DNA from: an uncultured Fibrobacteria bacterium
Lineage (GTDB): Bacteria > Fibrobacterota > Fibrobacteria > UBA11236
Assembly: GCA_963716395.1 (NCBI GenBank)
Contig: OY970309.1
Coordinates: 64,001-128,000 of the forward strand
Direction: 5' to 3'
DNA length: 64,000 bases
Shown: positions 17,832 through 28,343 of the stretch, piece after piece
Numbering within the stretch: the first letter of the stretch is position 1
Layout of the letters: each line of letters opens with the position of its first letter
The notes under the pieces: generated by a model
Seen by the model: only the letters and a program-made list of their open reading frames with translations
The model's database searches: none
What the model was told of the DNA's origin: nothing
Translations under genes and position numbers: made by a program

Positions 17832-20207
17832 TTAGGACTCGGCGGCCACCATGTTTTCCATGCCCTTGAACAGAGCGTCGGGATTGAAAGAAATACTGTG
17901 GATGCCTTCGCCCACCAGAAAGCGCGCGAAGTCGGCATGATCGCTGGGCGCCTGGCCGCACAGTCCGATCTTCTTGCCGCATTGCCGCGCCGTGCGGATG
18001 GCGCGGGCGATCAACTCCAGCACCGCCGGATTGCGTTCGCTGAACAGGGGGCTGACCAGGGCCGAATCGCGATCCAACCCCAAGGTGAGTTGCGTCAAAT
18101 CATTCGAGCCGATGGAGAACCCGTCGAAATGCTCGGCGAAATCCCGCATCAACAGCACATTGCTGGGAATTTCCACCATCACATACAGTTCCAATCCATT
18201 CTCGCCGCGGCGCAGGCCGTTGGCCGCCATTTCCGCCTCGACCTTGGCGGCCTCTTCCACGGTGCGGCAGAAGGGGATCATGAGCTTGACATTAGTAAGC
18301 CCCATCTCGTCGCGCACTTTTTTCATGGCCGCGCATTCGAGCTTGAATCCGTCGCGGTACAGCGGATGGGTATAGCGCGAGGCCCCGCGAAAACCGAGCA
18401 TGGGATTTTCCTCGTCGGGTTCGAATTGCCTGCCGCCCAACAGGTTGGCGTATTCGTTGGATTTGAAATCGCTCATGCGCACGATCACCTCGCGCGGATG
18501 GAACGCCGCAGCGATGGTGGCCACGGCTTCGGCCAATTTGTCGACGAAGTAGGCGGGCTTGTCGGCATAGCCGGCCGTGAGTTTGCGGATTTCATCTTTG
18601 GCCGGCCCTTCCGCAAGTTCCGTCCAGCGGGCCAGGGCCACGGGGTGGATGCGGATGGCGTTGTTGATGATGAATTCCAGGCGCATGAGACCGATGCCGT
18701 CGCTGGGCCATTCCGCTAGGCTGAAGGCCTTCTCGGGATCGCCGAGAATGAGCATGGCCTGGGTCTTGGGCTTGACCATGTGGCTCCAATCGGTTTCGGC
18801 CACGGTAAAGGGCAGACTGCCTTCGTAGACATAGCCGGTTTCGCCTTCGGCGCAGGAGACGGTGACGGTGCGGCCATCTTCGATGATGGCGGTGGCGTTT
18901 CCGGTGCCCACCAAGGCGGTGAGGCCGAGTTCGCGGGCCACGATGGCCGCATGGCTGGTGCGGCCTCCCTTGTCGGTGACGATGGCCGCGGCCTTCTTCA
19001 TAATGGGATCCCAGTCGGGATTGGTGATGCCCGTAATGAGCACCTCGCCGGGATTCAGCAAGTCGGCCTGGGAGGGCGAACTCAGCCGCCGCGCCGGGCC
19101 CGCGGCGATTTGTTCGCCTACCGCGATGCCCTGGACCAACACCTGGCCGCGTTTTTCCAGAGTATAGGTGCGATGCGCGCGCTTCTGTCGCGCCCCCGCA
19201 TGCACGGTTTCGGGCCGCGCCTGCACGATGAACAGTTCCGAGCTGGCGCCGTCTTTGGCCCATTCGATGTCCATGGGCCGGCCGTAATGCGCTTCGATGC
19301 GCAGCGACCAGCGCGCCAACTTGAGGATTTCGGCCTCGGTCAGGATGAACCGGCCGCGGCGTTCCGCATCGGTATCGGTGTTCACCGTGGTTTCGGCCTT
19401 CCCCGCGGCGTAGATCATGGTTTTTTCCTTGGCGCCCAGTTGGCGCGCCACGATGGCATTTTTGCCGGCCTGCAAGCCGGCCTTGAATACCGTAAACTGA
19501 TCCGGCGTCACGCTGCCCTGCACCACGTTCTCGCCCAATCCCCAAGAACCCGTGATTACTATCACATTAGTGTTTCCGGATTCGGGTTCCAAGGTGAAAC
19601 CCACGCCCGCGCAGGCCAAATCGCTGCGCACCATCTGCTGCACGCCCACCGAGACCGCCACCCGCAGGGAATCGAAGCCGTTGTCGGCGCGGTAGCGGAT
19701 GGCGCGATCGGTAAAGAGCGAGGCGAAGCAGCGCCGGCAGGCGTCGAGCAAGGCCTCTTCGCCGGCGATGTTGAGATAACTCTCCATCTGGCCCGCGAAG
19801 CTGGCGTCGGGAAGATCCTCGGCCGTGGCGCTGCTGCGCACGGCCACCGTGCTGCGCGTCGAGGTGCGGCCGAGTAGCCGGGCATGGGCCGAAAGAATTT
19901 CCCGCCGCAATTCGGGCGGCCATTCGCCTTTCAGAATTTCATTGCGGGCGCGCCGGCCCACCTCGTGCAAATTGTTAAACGCCGCATCGAGGGATCCCAA
20001 AATCCGGGCCAATTCGCGATCGCAACCGTTATGCGCCAAAAACCGGCGATAGGCGGCGGAGGTGATGGCGAAGCCATCGGGCACGCCGATGCCTTCGCTG
20101 CGGAGGTGATTGAACATTTCGCCCAGCGAGGCGTTTTTTCCACCCACCTCGGGCACCATCTGCATGCCGATTTGGGAAAAATCCAGGATTAAAGTTTGCT
20201 CTACCAT
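17832..20207 (-). CDS. ppsA: Phosphoenolpyruvate synthase
   Basis: [49 protein letters not shown]. Confidence 0.97.
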   Translation of the reverse strand: MVEQTLILDFSQIGMQMVPEVGGKNASLGEMFNHLRSEGIGVPDGFAITSAAYRRFLAHNGCDRELARILGSLDAAFNNLHEVGRRARNEILKGEWPPELRREILSAHARLLGRTSTRSTVAVRSSATAEDLPDASFAGQMESYLNIAGEEALLDACRRCFASLFTDRAIRYRADNGFDSLRVAVSVGVQQMVRSDLACAGVGFTLEPESGNTNVIVITGSWGLGENVVQGSVTPDQFTVFKAGLQAGKNAIVARQLGAKEKTMIYAAGKAETTVNTDTDAERRGRFILTEAEILKLARWSLRIEAHYGRPMDIEWAKDGASSELFIVQARPETVHAGARQKRAHRTYTLEKRGQVLVQGIAVGEQIAAGPARRLSSPSQADLLNPGEVLITGITNPDWDPIMKKAAAIVTDKGGRTSHAAIVARELGLTALVGTGNATAIIEDGRTVTVSCAEGETGYVYEGSLPFTVAETDWSHMVKPKTQAMLILGDPEKAFSLAEWPSDGIGLMRLEFIINNAIRIHPVALARWTELAEGPAKDEIRKLTAGYADKPAYFVDKLAEAVATIAAAFHPREVIVRMSDFKSNEYANLLGGRQFEPDEENPMLGFRGASRYTHPLYRDGFKLECAAMKKVRDEMGLTNVKLMIPFCRTVEEAAKVEAEMAANGLRRGENGLELYVMVEIPSNVLLMRDFAEHFDGFSIGSNDLTQLTLGLDRDSALVSPLFSERNPAVLELIARAIRTARQCGKKIGLCGQAPSDHADFARFLVGEGIHSISFNPDALFKGMENMVAAES

Positions 20208-20303
20208 GGTATGGTTCTCCTGCGTCCAAAGAAGCGCAAAAAGAGGACCACGGCATTTCGCGGTTGCCGAGGCCGGTAACCGCGAAAATTCAGGCAATTG
20301 TTT

Positions 20304-21335
20304 TTAGGCCGGGATTTTTTCGGTCGAGGTCAATTCCGGGGGTGCCGGAATTTTGACACGACCTTGCCAAGAAGTCAAAACCGGACCCAGCACGACCGGC
20401 GCCACCACCTCACCGCGTCCGTCGGCGAGAATGCGCCGTGGTACAGGCTTGAGATCCCAAATCCATCCCAACCCGGACATGGCTTTGAGGACATAATAGG
20501 TGAGGTCGATTTCCCACCAATAAAATCCCTGCCGCGTGCTGTTGGGATAATGGTGGTGGTTGTTGTGCCAGCCTTCGCCCATGGTGAGCAGCGCGAGCCA
20601 GAAATTATTCCGGCTGGTGTCGCTGGTGGAAAAACGCCGTGACCCGAACACATGCGCCAGCGAATTGATGGTGGCCACGCCGTGGAACAGCGCCACGGTG
20701 GAAATGACGAAGCCCCATTCGAGCATTTGCGGTCCGGTGGTGTGCAGCCCCGGCGCCCAGCGGTGCAATGCCACGCCCAAGGCATAGGTGAATGCCCCCA
20801 AAGCCATTGGCGCCACGCAGTCGAAGCGATTGAGAAAAACCAATTCGGGAAACTTGGCGAAGTCTTTGATGAGGTGAAGACGCGTCGGCACGTTCCGGAC
20901 CCGTCCCCACCACAAAATATGGCTGTTCCAGAATCCGGTCCGGGTCGGCGAATGCGGATCTTCGGGCGTATCCGAAGCCGCATGGTGATGGCGGTGATGC
21001 GCCGCCCACCACAGGGCGCCGCGCTGCGCCGACGTATTGCCCAGAAAAGCCAGGCAAAATTGCCCGAAGCGCGAGGTTTTATAGGTGCGATGCGAAAAGT
21101 AGCGGTGGTAGGCGCCGGTGATGCCGAACATGCGGACGAAGTACAGGGCCACGGCCACGGCGACCGCCACCGGGCTCACGCCCGTCCAGAACACCAGCAG
21201 TACCGTGGCATTGAGGATGAGAAAAGGCCAGGGCGCCTTCCACACCCGGCCGGCCGCGCCGGTAGGCACGTCTTCCGGCCGGAATTGATGGGAATCGATG
21301 CGCGCGATCAGCTTTTTCGCAACCTGCATTAACAT
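20304..21335 (-). CDS. Acyl-CoA (delta-9-like) fatty acid desaturase
   Basis: His boxes HRYFSH, HRHHH, GEGWHNNHH. Confidence 0.93.
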   Translation of the reverse strand: MLMQVAKKLIARIDSHQFRPEDVPTGAAGRVWKAPWPFLILNATVLLVFWTGVSPVAVAVAVALYFVRMFGITGAYHRYFSHRTYKTSRFGQFCLAFLGNTSAQRGALWWAAHHRHHHAASDTPEDPHSPTRTGFWNSHILWWGRVRNVPTRLHLIKDFAKFPELVFLNRFDCVAPMALGAFTYALGVALHRWAPGLHTTGPQMLEWGFVISTVALFHGVATINSLAHVFGSRRFSTSDTSRNNFWLALLTMGEGWHNNHHHYPNSTRQGFYWWEIDLTYYVLKAMSGLGWIWDLKPVPRRILADGRGEVVAPVVLGPVLTSWQGRVKIPAPPELTSTEKIPA

Positions 21336-21435
21336 GTTCCAGACCTCCTTCGCGCCCGCTGGTCAGGGGTAACCGCGGCGGGACACCCTCATTAAACACA
21401 TCTTTTCGGATTTCGGAAAGGAGCGTAGCGCAAAG

Positions 21436-21471
21436 GTTACAGGATTTTACAGACTGACAATCCTTTACAGG
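21436..21471 (-). promoter_or_regulatory. Tandem GTAAA-N5-GT(A/C)A direct repeats (OmpR/CpxR-type site)
   Basis: Minus strand CTGTAAAGGATTGTCAGTCTGTAAAATCCTGTAAC, about 100 nt upstream of the desaturase. Confidence 0.5.
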
Positions 21472-21621
21472 CCGCTGCCAGCGCGGTTAATCCGGTGCGG
21501 TGGGCCGCACGGCGAAATGCCTGTGAACGAGTTACGGCACACGGAACAACGCCCCGTGTTCGTAGAGGGGGGGGATCGGAATTGAAAGGGAACAAAGCCG
21601 CGGGCTGTGGTCGCGCTATCG

Positions 21622-23757
21622 CTATTCGACCCGCTTATTGGCGTTGGACGAGTATTTCTTGATCAACTCTTCGCCCACGTTCTTCGGCACCGGGGCATAG
21701 CGCAGAAATTCCATGGTGAACTCGGCCTTGCCCTGGGTGGCCGAACGCAAATCCGTGGCGTAGCCGAACATTTCGGCCAGCGGCACATCGGCCTGCACCA
21801 CGGTAAAATTCATTTCTTCCGTGCTGCCGGTGATCATGCCGCGCTTCTGATTGATCTGACCCAGCACCGTGCCCTGGAACTCGGTGGGCGCCGACACTTC
21901 GAGCTTCATAATGGGTTCGAGGATGATGGGCTTGGCTTTCTGATACGCCTCGCGGAAGCCTCCGCGGGATGCCAATTGAAAGGCGATGTCGCTGGAATCG
22001 ACCGGATGCATTTGCCCGTCGTTGATGGTGCAACGCACGCGCACGATGGGAAATCCGATCAGCGCTCCGCTCGACAGGCAGGCCTGGAATCCCTTGTCGC
22101 ACGAGGGGATGAATTCGCGCGGAATCACGCCGCCCACGATGTCGTCGACGAATTCGTAATCCTTGCCCTCTTCCTCGGGCATGGGCTCGATGTACCCGGC
22201 CACGCGCGCATATTGGCCCGACCCGCCGGTCTGCTTTTTGTGGGTGTAGTTGAATTCGGTTTTCTGCTGAATGGTTTCGCGGTAGGCGACCTGCGGGCGG
22301 CCCGTAGTAAGTTCCACGCCGTATTCGCGGCGCATGCGTTCGATGTACACGTCGAGATGCAATTCGCCCATGCCCGAGACGATGGTTTGGCCGCTTTCTT
22401 CGTCGAGTTTGACGCGAAAGGTCGGGTCTTCTTTGGTGAAGCGGTTCAGGGCTTTCGACAGGTTGGCCAGGTGATCGCGGTTCTTGGCCTCGATCACCAA
22501 ATCGATGACGGGATTGGGCACGTGCATGGAGGTCATGTTCACCTCCAGGGAGCCGTCGGTGAAGGTGGTGCCGGTGGCGCAGTCGATGCCGAACAGGGCC
22601 ACGATATCGCCGGCTTCGGCCGCGGTGATGTCGTGCATTTCATTAGCGTGCATGCGCACCAAGCGGCCCACGTTGTGTTTCTTCTTCGTGGTCATGTTGT
22701 AGATGGGCTTACCCTTTTCCACCTTGCCCTGGTACACGCGAATATAGGTGAGCTGGCCGAAACGTCCTTCTTCAAGTTTGAAAGCGTAGCCCACGAAGGG
22801 CTTGGACGCATCGGAAATCATTTCGAGCCGTTCCTCGTCCTTGGTGGAAATGTCGAGGGCATAGTTGGACACGTCGTACGGGCTGGGCAGAAAATCGGCC
22901 ACGCCGTCGAGCAACAATTGCACGCCCTTGTTCTTGAAGGCCGATCCCATGAACACGGGTGTCACCTGCATCTTGATGGTCACGTCGCGGATCACGCTTT
23001 TCAGAAATTCCAGCGGAATTTCTTTTTCTTCGAGAATCAGTTCGGTGAGTTCGTCGGAGAAATTCGACAGGTTGTCGAGCAGCATGGTGCGGCGTTCCTG
23101 CGCCAGTTGCTTCAGATCGTCGGGAATCTCCTTGACTTCAATCTCCTCGCCGCTGGCGCCCCGGAAATAATAGGCCTGCATGGTCAAAAGGTCGACGAGA
23201 CCTTCGTGCTTGTCTTCCAGGCCGATGGGGATCTGCACCATCACGGCGTTGTGGTTCAACTTGTCGCGCAACTGCTCGGTGACGCGGAACGGGTTGGCGC
23301 CGGAGCGATCGAGTTTGTTGATGAAGGCCAGACGCGGCACATTGTAGCGGCGCATCTGCCGGTCGACGGTGATCGATTGCGATTGCACGCCCGAGACCCC
23401 GCATAAAACCAGGATGGCGCCGTCGAGTACGCGCAGGCTGCGCTCGACTTCGATGGTGAAGTCGACATGCCCAGGGGTGTCGATGATATTGATGTCGGTG
23501 ACCTTGGCCTCTTCCGGTTTCAGGTAATACGGGCGTTTCGCCCATTGCACGCGCGTGCAGGCCGACTGGATGGTGATGCCGCGCTCGCGCTCCAAATCCA
23601 TGAAATCCATGGTGGCGCCCACGCCGTCTTTTCCCTTGACCTCGTGGATTTTGTGGATGATGCCGGTGTAGAAAAGTACGCGCTCGGTCAGGGTGGTTTT
23701 GCCCGAGTCGATATGGGCGCTGATGCCGATATTGCGAAGGTTGTCCAAAGGTCTCAT
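21622..23757 (-). CDS. fusA: Elongation factor G (spdEFG1/mtEFG1-like)
   Basis: [45 protein letters not shown]. Confidence 0.96.
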   Translation of the reverse strand: MRPLDNLRNIGISAHIDSGKTTLTERVLFYTGIIHKIHEVKGKDGVGATMDFMDLERERGITIQSACTRVQWAKRPYYLKPEEAKVTDINIIDTPGHVDFTIEVERSLRVLDGAILVLCGVSGVQSQSITVDRQMRRYNVPRLAFINKLDRSGANPFRVTEQLRDKLNHNAVMVQIPIGLEDKHEGLVDLLTMQAYYFRGASGEEIEVKEIPDDLKQLAQERRTMLLDNLSNFSDELTELILEEKEIPLEFLKSVIRDVTIKMQVTPVFMGSAFKNKGVQLLLDGVADFLPSPYDVSNYALDISTKDEERLEMISDASKPFVGYAFKLEEGRFGQLTYIRVYQGKVEKGKPIYNMTTKKKHNVGRLVRMHANEMHDITAAEAGDIVALFGIDCATGTTFTDGSLEVNMTSMHVPNPVIDLVIEAKNRDHLANLSKALNRFTKEDPTFRVKLDEESGQTIVSGMGELHLDVYIERMRREYGVELTTGRPQVAYRETIQQKTEFNYTHKKQTGGSGQYARVAGYIEPMPEEEGKDYEFVDDIVGGVIPREFIPSCDKGFQACLSSGALIGFPIVRVRCTINDGQMHPVDSSDIAFQLASRGGFREAYQKAKPIILEPIMKLEVSAPTEFQGTVLGQINQKRGMITGSTEEMNFTVVQADVPLAEMFGYATDLRSATQGKAEFTMEFLRYAPVPKNVGEELIKKYSSNANKRVE

Positions 23758-23863
23758 CGTAATCCCAACCGGTCCAAAAAGTGAAAGCCATTCCGCGGCG
23801 CCCCGGAGTCGGACCGTCTCCGCGCAAAAAACGAGCGGGAAATTTACTAAACCGGCAGGAGGC

Positions 23864-24478
23864 TTACAAGGTGGCGAACGGCGGCTCGGCTTTTTCAGCC
23901 GCCTTGGCGCGCAAAACCTCCATCAGGCGGTCGCCGACGTGGTAGCGCCTTTCCATCAATTCCAGGATTCGCTTGAGATCGCCGATCTCTTCCTCGGCCA
24001 AAATGTTCAGCGGATCCAGTATTCCCTGCAAAAAGCCGTCGCGCTCCGGGCTTTGGGTTTGCAGCCGGCGCAACCGGTCGCGATACAAACGGATTTTGAT
24101 GTCGGTATCGACCCGCTTGCGCAGAAAATGCGCCAAGGTGGCCATTTCTTCGAGAAAATGGTTGAGTACGATTTCTTCTTCCAGCACGCCGTGCACCGGG
24201 TCATGGCGGTAGCGATCGACGTAGCGCCGGCGCAACCCCCGCACCGCCTCCGAAGCGTATTCGCAGGCGGCTTCGAGTTCGGTGATCAAGGCGTCGAGCC
24301 CGTGCAGCAATTCACGCGGCAGGGGCGGGCTCGAAGGAAACAGGGCTTCTGCCTGGCGAAAGCGCACGCGGGCGCGATCATAGGCCTCGTTGCGGATCCG
24401 GCACAGAAAAGGACGATTGCGCAGGAAGGCGTTGACCGGGGGGCGAGCGGCGGCTTCGGAAGTCATACCAAAACCCAC
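23864..24478 (-). CDS. Hypothetical alpha-helical protein
   Basis: Fills the gap between rel and fusA and abuts the rel stop. Start may be ATG 24466. Confidence 0.65.
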   Translation of the reverse strand: MGFGMTSEAAARPPVNAFLRNRPFLCRIRNEAYDRARVRFRQAEALFPSSPPLPRELLHGLDALITELEAACEYASEAVRGLRRRYVDRYRHDPVHGVLEEEIVLNHFLEEMATLAHFLRKRVDTDIKIRLYRDRLRRLQTQSPERDGFLQGILDPLNILAEEEIGDLKRILELMERRYHVGDRLMEVLRAKAAEKAEPPFATL

Positions 24479-26752
24479 CTACGCGCCGGTTTGACGCCGG
24501 CTCACCGCGGTGACGCCGGGTACTTTTCGCATCCTATCCATGGCTTCTTCCAACTGATCCAAATCCTTGACCTGGATGCGAAAGCGATTGCGCACCTGAT
24601 CGCGCAAGGTGACGATGGTGCCGCGCTCCACGTTGACGCCGCCCTGGGCGAAGACGTCGGTGATGTCGCCGAGCAGGCCGGTGCGGTCGCGGGCCAGGAT
24701 TTCGAGATTGGCGTCGAACACCTGATCGGCTTCGGAGCGCCATTCCACGGGAATGCTGCGCTCCTTATCCTGCAACAGCCGCTGGCCTTCGGGACAATTG
24801 GCCCGGTGCACCGACACCCCGCGGCCGCGGGTCACGTAGCCGATGATGCGGTCGCCGGGAACCGGCTGGCAGCAGGTGGCGAAGCGAATGAGCATGTTGT
24901 TCATGCCGGACACCAACACGGCCGAATCGGCGGCCTTGGGGTGCCGCCGGAAGCCGATGCGCCGCAGCATGGACGGTTTGGTGCGATTCGGGTTGAGCTC
25001 CTGCACCACGGCCGCCACCGCGCCCAAAGTGAACTCGCCATGGCCGATTTTCTCCCACAGCACCTCCCAACTGGGCACGCCGAACTTGGCGGTAAAGGGC
25101 TTGAGATCATTTTGTTTGTCGGCGGGCACGCGCGCCTGGCGAAATTCGCGGCCGAGGATTTCGCGGCCGAGTTGGATGCTGTGCGCCGCCTCCTCGCTCC
25201 GCAGCCAGCGGCGGATGGCGTGCTTGGCCTTGGTGGTGACCACGATGGAAAGCCAGTCCTTGGACGGGTGCTGTGAATCCGACTTGAGGATCTCGACCCG
25301 TTCGCCGGTTTGCAACACGCGATGCAGCGGCACCACGTTGCCGTCGACCTTGGCGCCGATGCAGCGTAGCCCCAATCCCGAATGCAGGGCGAAGGCGAAA
25401 TCCAAGGCGGTGGCGCCCTTGGGCAATTGCAGCAGATCGCCCTTGGGGGTGAATACGAACACCTCTCCCGGCGCCAGATCGCGGCGGAAGTCTTCCATGA
25501 ATTCCGACGAATCGGTGATGTCCTGCTGCCACTCAAGCAATTGCTTCAGCCACTTGTTCTCGCGGCCGATCTCCTGGGGCGAAAACCCCCGCTTGTAACC
25601 CCAATGCGCCGCGATGCCCTTTTCGGCCACCAGGTCCATCTCCTCGGTGCGGATCTGGATCTCCAGGGTTTTGCCGCCGGGGCCGATGACCGTGGTGTGC
25701 AGGCTCTGGTACATGTTCGACTTGGGCGTGGCGATGTAATCCTTGAAGCGCGACTGCAGCGGCGTCCACAGCGAATGCATGACGCCCAGCACGGCGTAAC
25801 AGTCGGCCACGCTTTTCACGATGATGCGCAGGGCGTGCAAATCGTAGATGTCTTCAAACTGGCAGCCGCGGTTCTGCATCTTCTGCCAGATGCTGTACAA
25901 ATGCTTGGGCCGTCCGTAGACGCGCGCCTCCACTTCGGCGTGGGCCAGCGCCTCTTTGGCCGGGGCGATGACGCTGCGGATGTACTCTTCGCGCTCCTGG
26001 CGCTTCTCCACCACCTTGCGCACCAGGCCCTTGTAGGCGTCGGAGTTGAGGTGCTTGAAGGCCAGGTCTTCCAGTTCCCATTTGATTTGGCCGAGGCCGA
26101 AGCGGTGGGCCAAGGGCGCATACACCTCGAGGGTTTCGGCGGCGATGTCGCGGCGACGCTCCTCTTTGCCGTGGTAATTGAGGGTGCGCATGTTGTGCAG
26201 CCGGTCGGCGAACTTGATCATGATGACGCGGATGTCCTTGGCCAGGCTCACCATCATCTTGCGGAACGTCTCGGCCTGCTGCTCGGCGCGCGACTTGCTT
26301 TGGATGGCCGAGATCTTGGTCACGGCTTCGACCAGAAAGGCCACTTCTTCGCCGAACTCCTGCCGCACTTCCTGAATGCCGTGGCCGGTGTCTTCCACCA
26401 CGTCATGCAACAGGCCGGCCACGATGGTCACCGTATCCATGTTGAGATCGGCCAGGAGTTTCGCCACCTCGAAGGGATGCTCGGCATAGGGCATGCCCGA
26501 ATAGCGGAACTGGTTTTTGTGCGCCAGCACGGTGAAGTCGATGGCCTTGCGCAAGAGCGCCTCGTCGAAATCGGCATAGCGATCGCGGATGTAGGCCAGC
26601 AGGTTGTCCTTGGCGCGATCGAGGCTGCGCTCGATTTCCGGCGGCTTCATCGGCTCTTCGACCGGATGCGGGGCGGCGGGATCGGCGACCAGAACCGGCG
26701 GGGGCAGATCGGGAACGCCCGTAAGGCCTGGGGAATCCGGCGAGGGAGACAT
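24479..26752 (-). CDS. rel: Bifunctional (p)ppGpp synthetase/hydrolase (long RSH)
   Basis: HDVVED hydrolase, RFKDY/YQSLHT/EIQIRT synthetase, TGS, CCxP and ACT domains. Confidence 0.96.
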   Translation of the reverse strand: MSPSPDSPGLTGVPDLPPPVLVADPAAPHPVEEPMKPPEIERSLDRAKDNLLAYIRDRYADFDEALLRKAIDFTVLAHKNQFRYSGMPYAEHPFEVAKLLADLNMDTVTIVAGLLHDVVEDTGHGIQEVRQEFGEEVAFLVEAVTKISAIQSKSRAEQQAETFRKMMVSLAKDIRVIMIKFADRLHNMRTLNYHGKEERRRDIAAETLEVYAPLAHRFGLGQIKWELEDLAFKHLNSDAYKGLVRKVVEKRQEREEYIRSVIAPAKEALAHAEVEARVYGRPKHLYSIWQKMQNRGCQFEDIYDLHALRIIVKSVADCYAVLGVMHSLWTPLQSRFKDYIATPKSNMYQSLHTTVIGPGGKTLEIQIRTEEMDLVAEKGIAAHWGYKRGFSPQEIGRENKWLKQLLEWQQDITDSSEFMEDFRRDLAPGEVFVFTPKGDLLQLPKGATALDFAFALHSGLGLRCIGAKVDGNVVPLHRVLQTGERVEILKSDSQHPSKDWLSIVVTTKAKHAIRRWLRSEEAAHSIQLGREILGREFRQARVPADKQNDLKPFTAKFGVPSWEVLWEKIGHGEFTLGAVAAVVQELNPNRTKPSMLRRIGFRRHPKAADSAVLVSGMNNMLIRFATCCQPVPGDRIIGYVTRGRGVSVHRANCPEGQRLLQDKERSIPVEWRSEADQVFDANLEILARDRTGLLGDITDVFAQGGVNVERGTIVTLRDQVRNRFRIQVKDLDQLEEAMDRMRKVPGVTAVSRRQTGA

Positions 26753-26831
26753 GCCGTTAACTTAACACCGGACCGATCCGAAGTCCATGCACGACCCAAA
26801 TCCCAGGATTTCGGGTGCGCGCGGCCGGGAT

Positions 26832-28343
26832 TCAGCCGAAATAAAGGTCGTCGACGTCGGTGCTCCAGCCTTCGAGCTGTTTGACGCGGCTGGGGTGCTG
26901 TAATTTGGCCAAGGCCTTGGATTCGATTTGCCGCACGCGCTCGCGCGAAATCTGATATTTGTCGCCGATTTCCTTGAGGGTTTTGACCAGGCCGTCGTCG
27001 AGGCCGAAACGCATGCGCACGATGGCCTGCTCCTTGGCGTCGAGCGAATCCAGCACCCCGTCGATCTGCTTGCGCAGCATGCGCATGTTGACGCCCTGCG
27101 AAGGCCGCTCGGCCGATTTGTCTTCGATGAAGTCGCCGTAGGTGTTGGTCTGATCGCCCGACACGTAATCGTCGAGCGAGATGGGCTCTTGCGAGACATC
27201 CATGGCCAACTGCACCTTCTTGATGGAACACCCCACCTTTTCGGCCACCTCTTCGGGCAGGGGATCTTTGCCCGTGGTCTGCTGGATCTCGCGGCACACC
27301 CGCAGCACCTTGCGCACGATGTCGAGCATATTGGCCGGCACGCGCACGGTTTTGGCTTTGTCCGCGATGGCGCGGGTGATGCTCTGCTTGATCCACCAGG
27401 TGGCGTAGGTGCTGAACTTGTACCCCTTGGTGTAGTCGAAGTTTTCCACGGCGCGGATGAGGCCGCTGTTGCCTTCCTGGATGAGATCGATCAACTCCAG
27501 GCCTTTGCTGGTGTAGCGCTTGGCGATGGAAACCACCAGCCGCACGTTGGCCTCGATGATCTCTTCCTTGGCCCGTTCGCGCACCACCTCCCATTGCCGG
27601 ATACGGCGCAGGCGCTCCATGTCCTGTTCCGAATCCGTCAATTCTTCTTTGTATTTCCCGGCCAGGCGGTCGATTTGCTTGTGGTTGAGTTTCAGACTGA
27701 TACAGTCGTTCACCAGCCGCAACTCCAGGTTTTCGATTTCCGAAGCCAGCGACTGGAGTTCGGAACCCTCTTCCCCCCGCGCCCGCAGGTCCTGGTATTG
27801 GGCGCCGGTCTCCTCCAGCTTGCGGACGTTGCGGCGCAGGCGGTCGAAGCCCGCCAGGGCCCGTTCTTTTTCCGCGTCGTACACCTTGGGATCGGTCCAG
27901 GCGTCGTTGTCGATCTGCAAAATCTCTTCGATGCGCAAATCCTCTTCCACCACCTGGCGGCCCAGGTTCAACACTTCGGCCACCATGGACTGCGAGCGGA
28001 AAATGATGGTGCCGATGCGCTTCTGCACCTCTTCGATGCGCTTGGCGATGGCGATCTCCTCTTCGCGCGAGAGCAACGGCACCTTGCCCACCGAATTCAA
28101 ATACACCCAGGTGGGATCGTTGTAGCGCGTGATCTTCTTGAGGGTATCGGGTTTGGAAACGGGACGCCGCGTCTTGACGGCGAACTCCGACACCTGCACG
28201 CCCTGATCCACGAAGAATTGCCGCAAGACGGCGAACTCCTCATCGGATCGCACCAAGGCCTTGATTTGGTTTTCGGCCACGAAGCCCTGCAGCTTGGCCT
28301 GCTTCTGCAGGCGGCGCAGGATTTGTCCATCGAGTTCGTTCAT
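26832..28343 (-). CDS. rpoD: RNA polymerase primary-type sigma-70 factor
   Basis: Regions 1.2, NCR, 2 ([16 protein letters not shown]), 3 and 4. Coupled to dnaG. Confidence 0.88.
   Translation of the reverse strand: MNELDGQILRRLQKQAKLQGFVAENQIKALVRSDEEFAVLRQFFVDQGVQVSEFAVKTRRPVSKPDTLKKITRYNDPTWVYLNSVGKVPLLSREEEIAIAKRIEEVQKRIGTIIFRSQSMVAEVLNLGRQVVEEDLRIEEILQIDNDAWTDPKVYDAEKERALAGFDRLRRNVRKLEETGAQYQDLRARGEEGSELQSLASEIENLELRLVNDCISLKLNHKQIDRLAGKYKEELTDSEQDMERLRRIRQWEVVRERAKEEIIEANVRLVVSIAKRYTSKGLELIDLIQEGNSGLIRAVENFDYTKGYKFSTYATWWIKQSITRAIADKAKTVRVPANMLDIVRKVLRVCREIQQTTGKDPLPEEVAEKVGCSIKKVQLAMDVSQEPISLDDYVSGDQTNTYGDFIEDKSAERPSQGVNMRMLRKQIDGVLDSLDAKEQAIVRMRFGLDDGLVKTLKEIGDKYQISRERVRQIESKALAKLQHPSRVKQLEGWSTDVDDLYFG

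Noticed and set aside
21607-23406. Long antisense ORFs (also 26928-28376, 31760-33292, 56303-58174, 59655-61220 and others)
   Set aside because: Shadows of GC-biased genes on the opposite strand, with no recognisable motifs.
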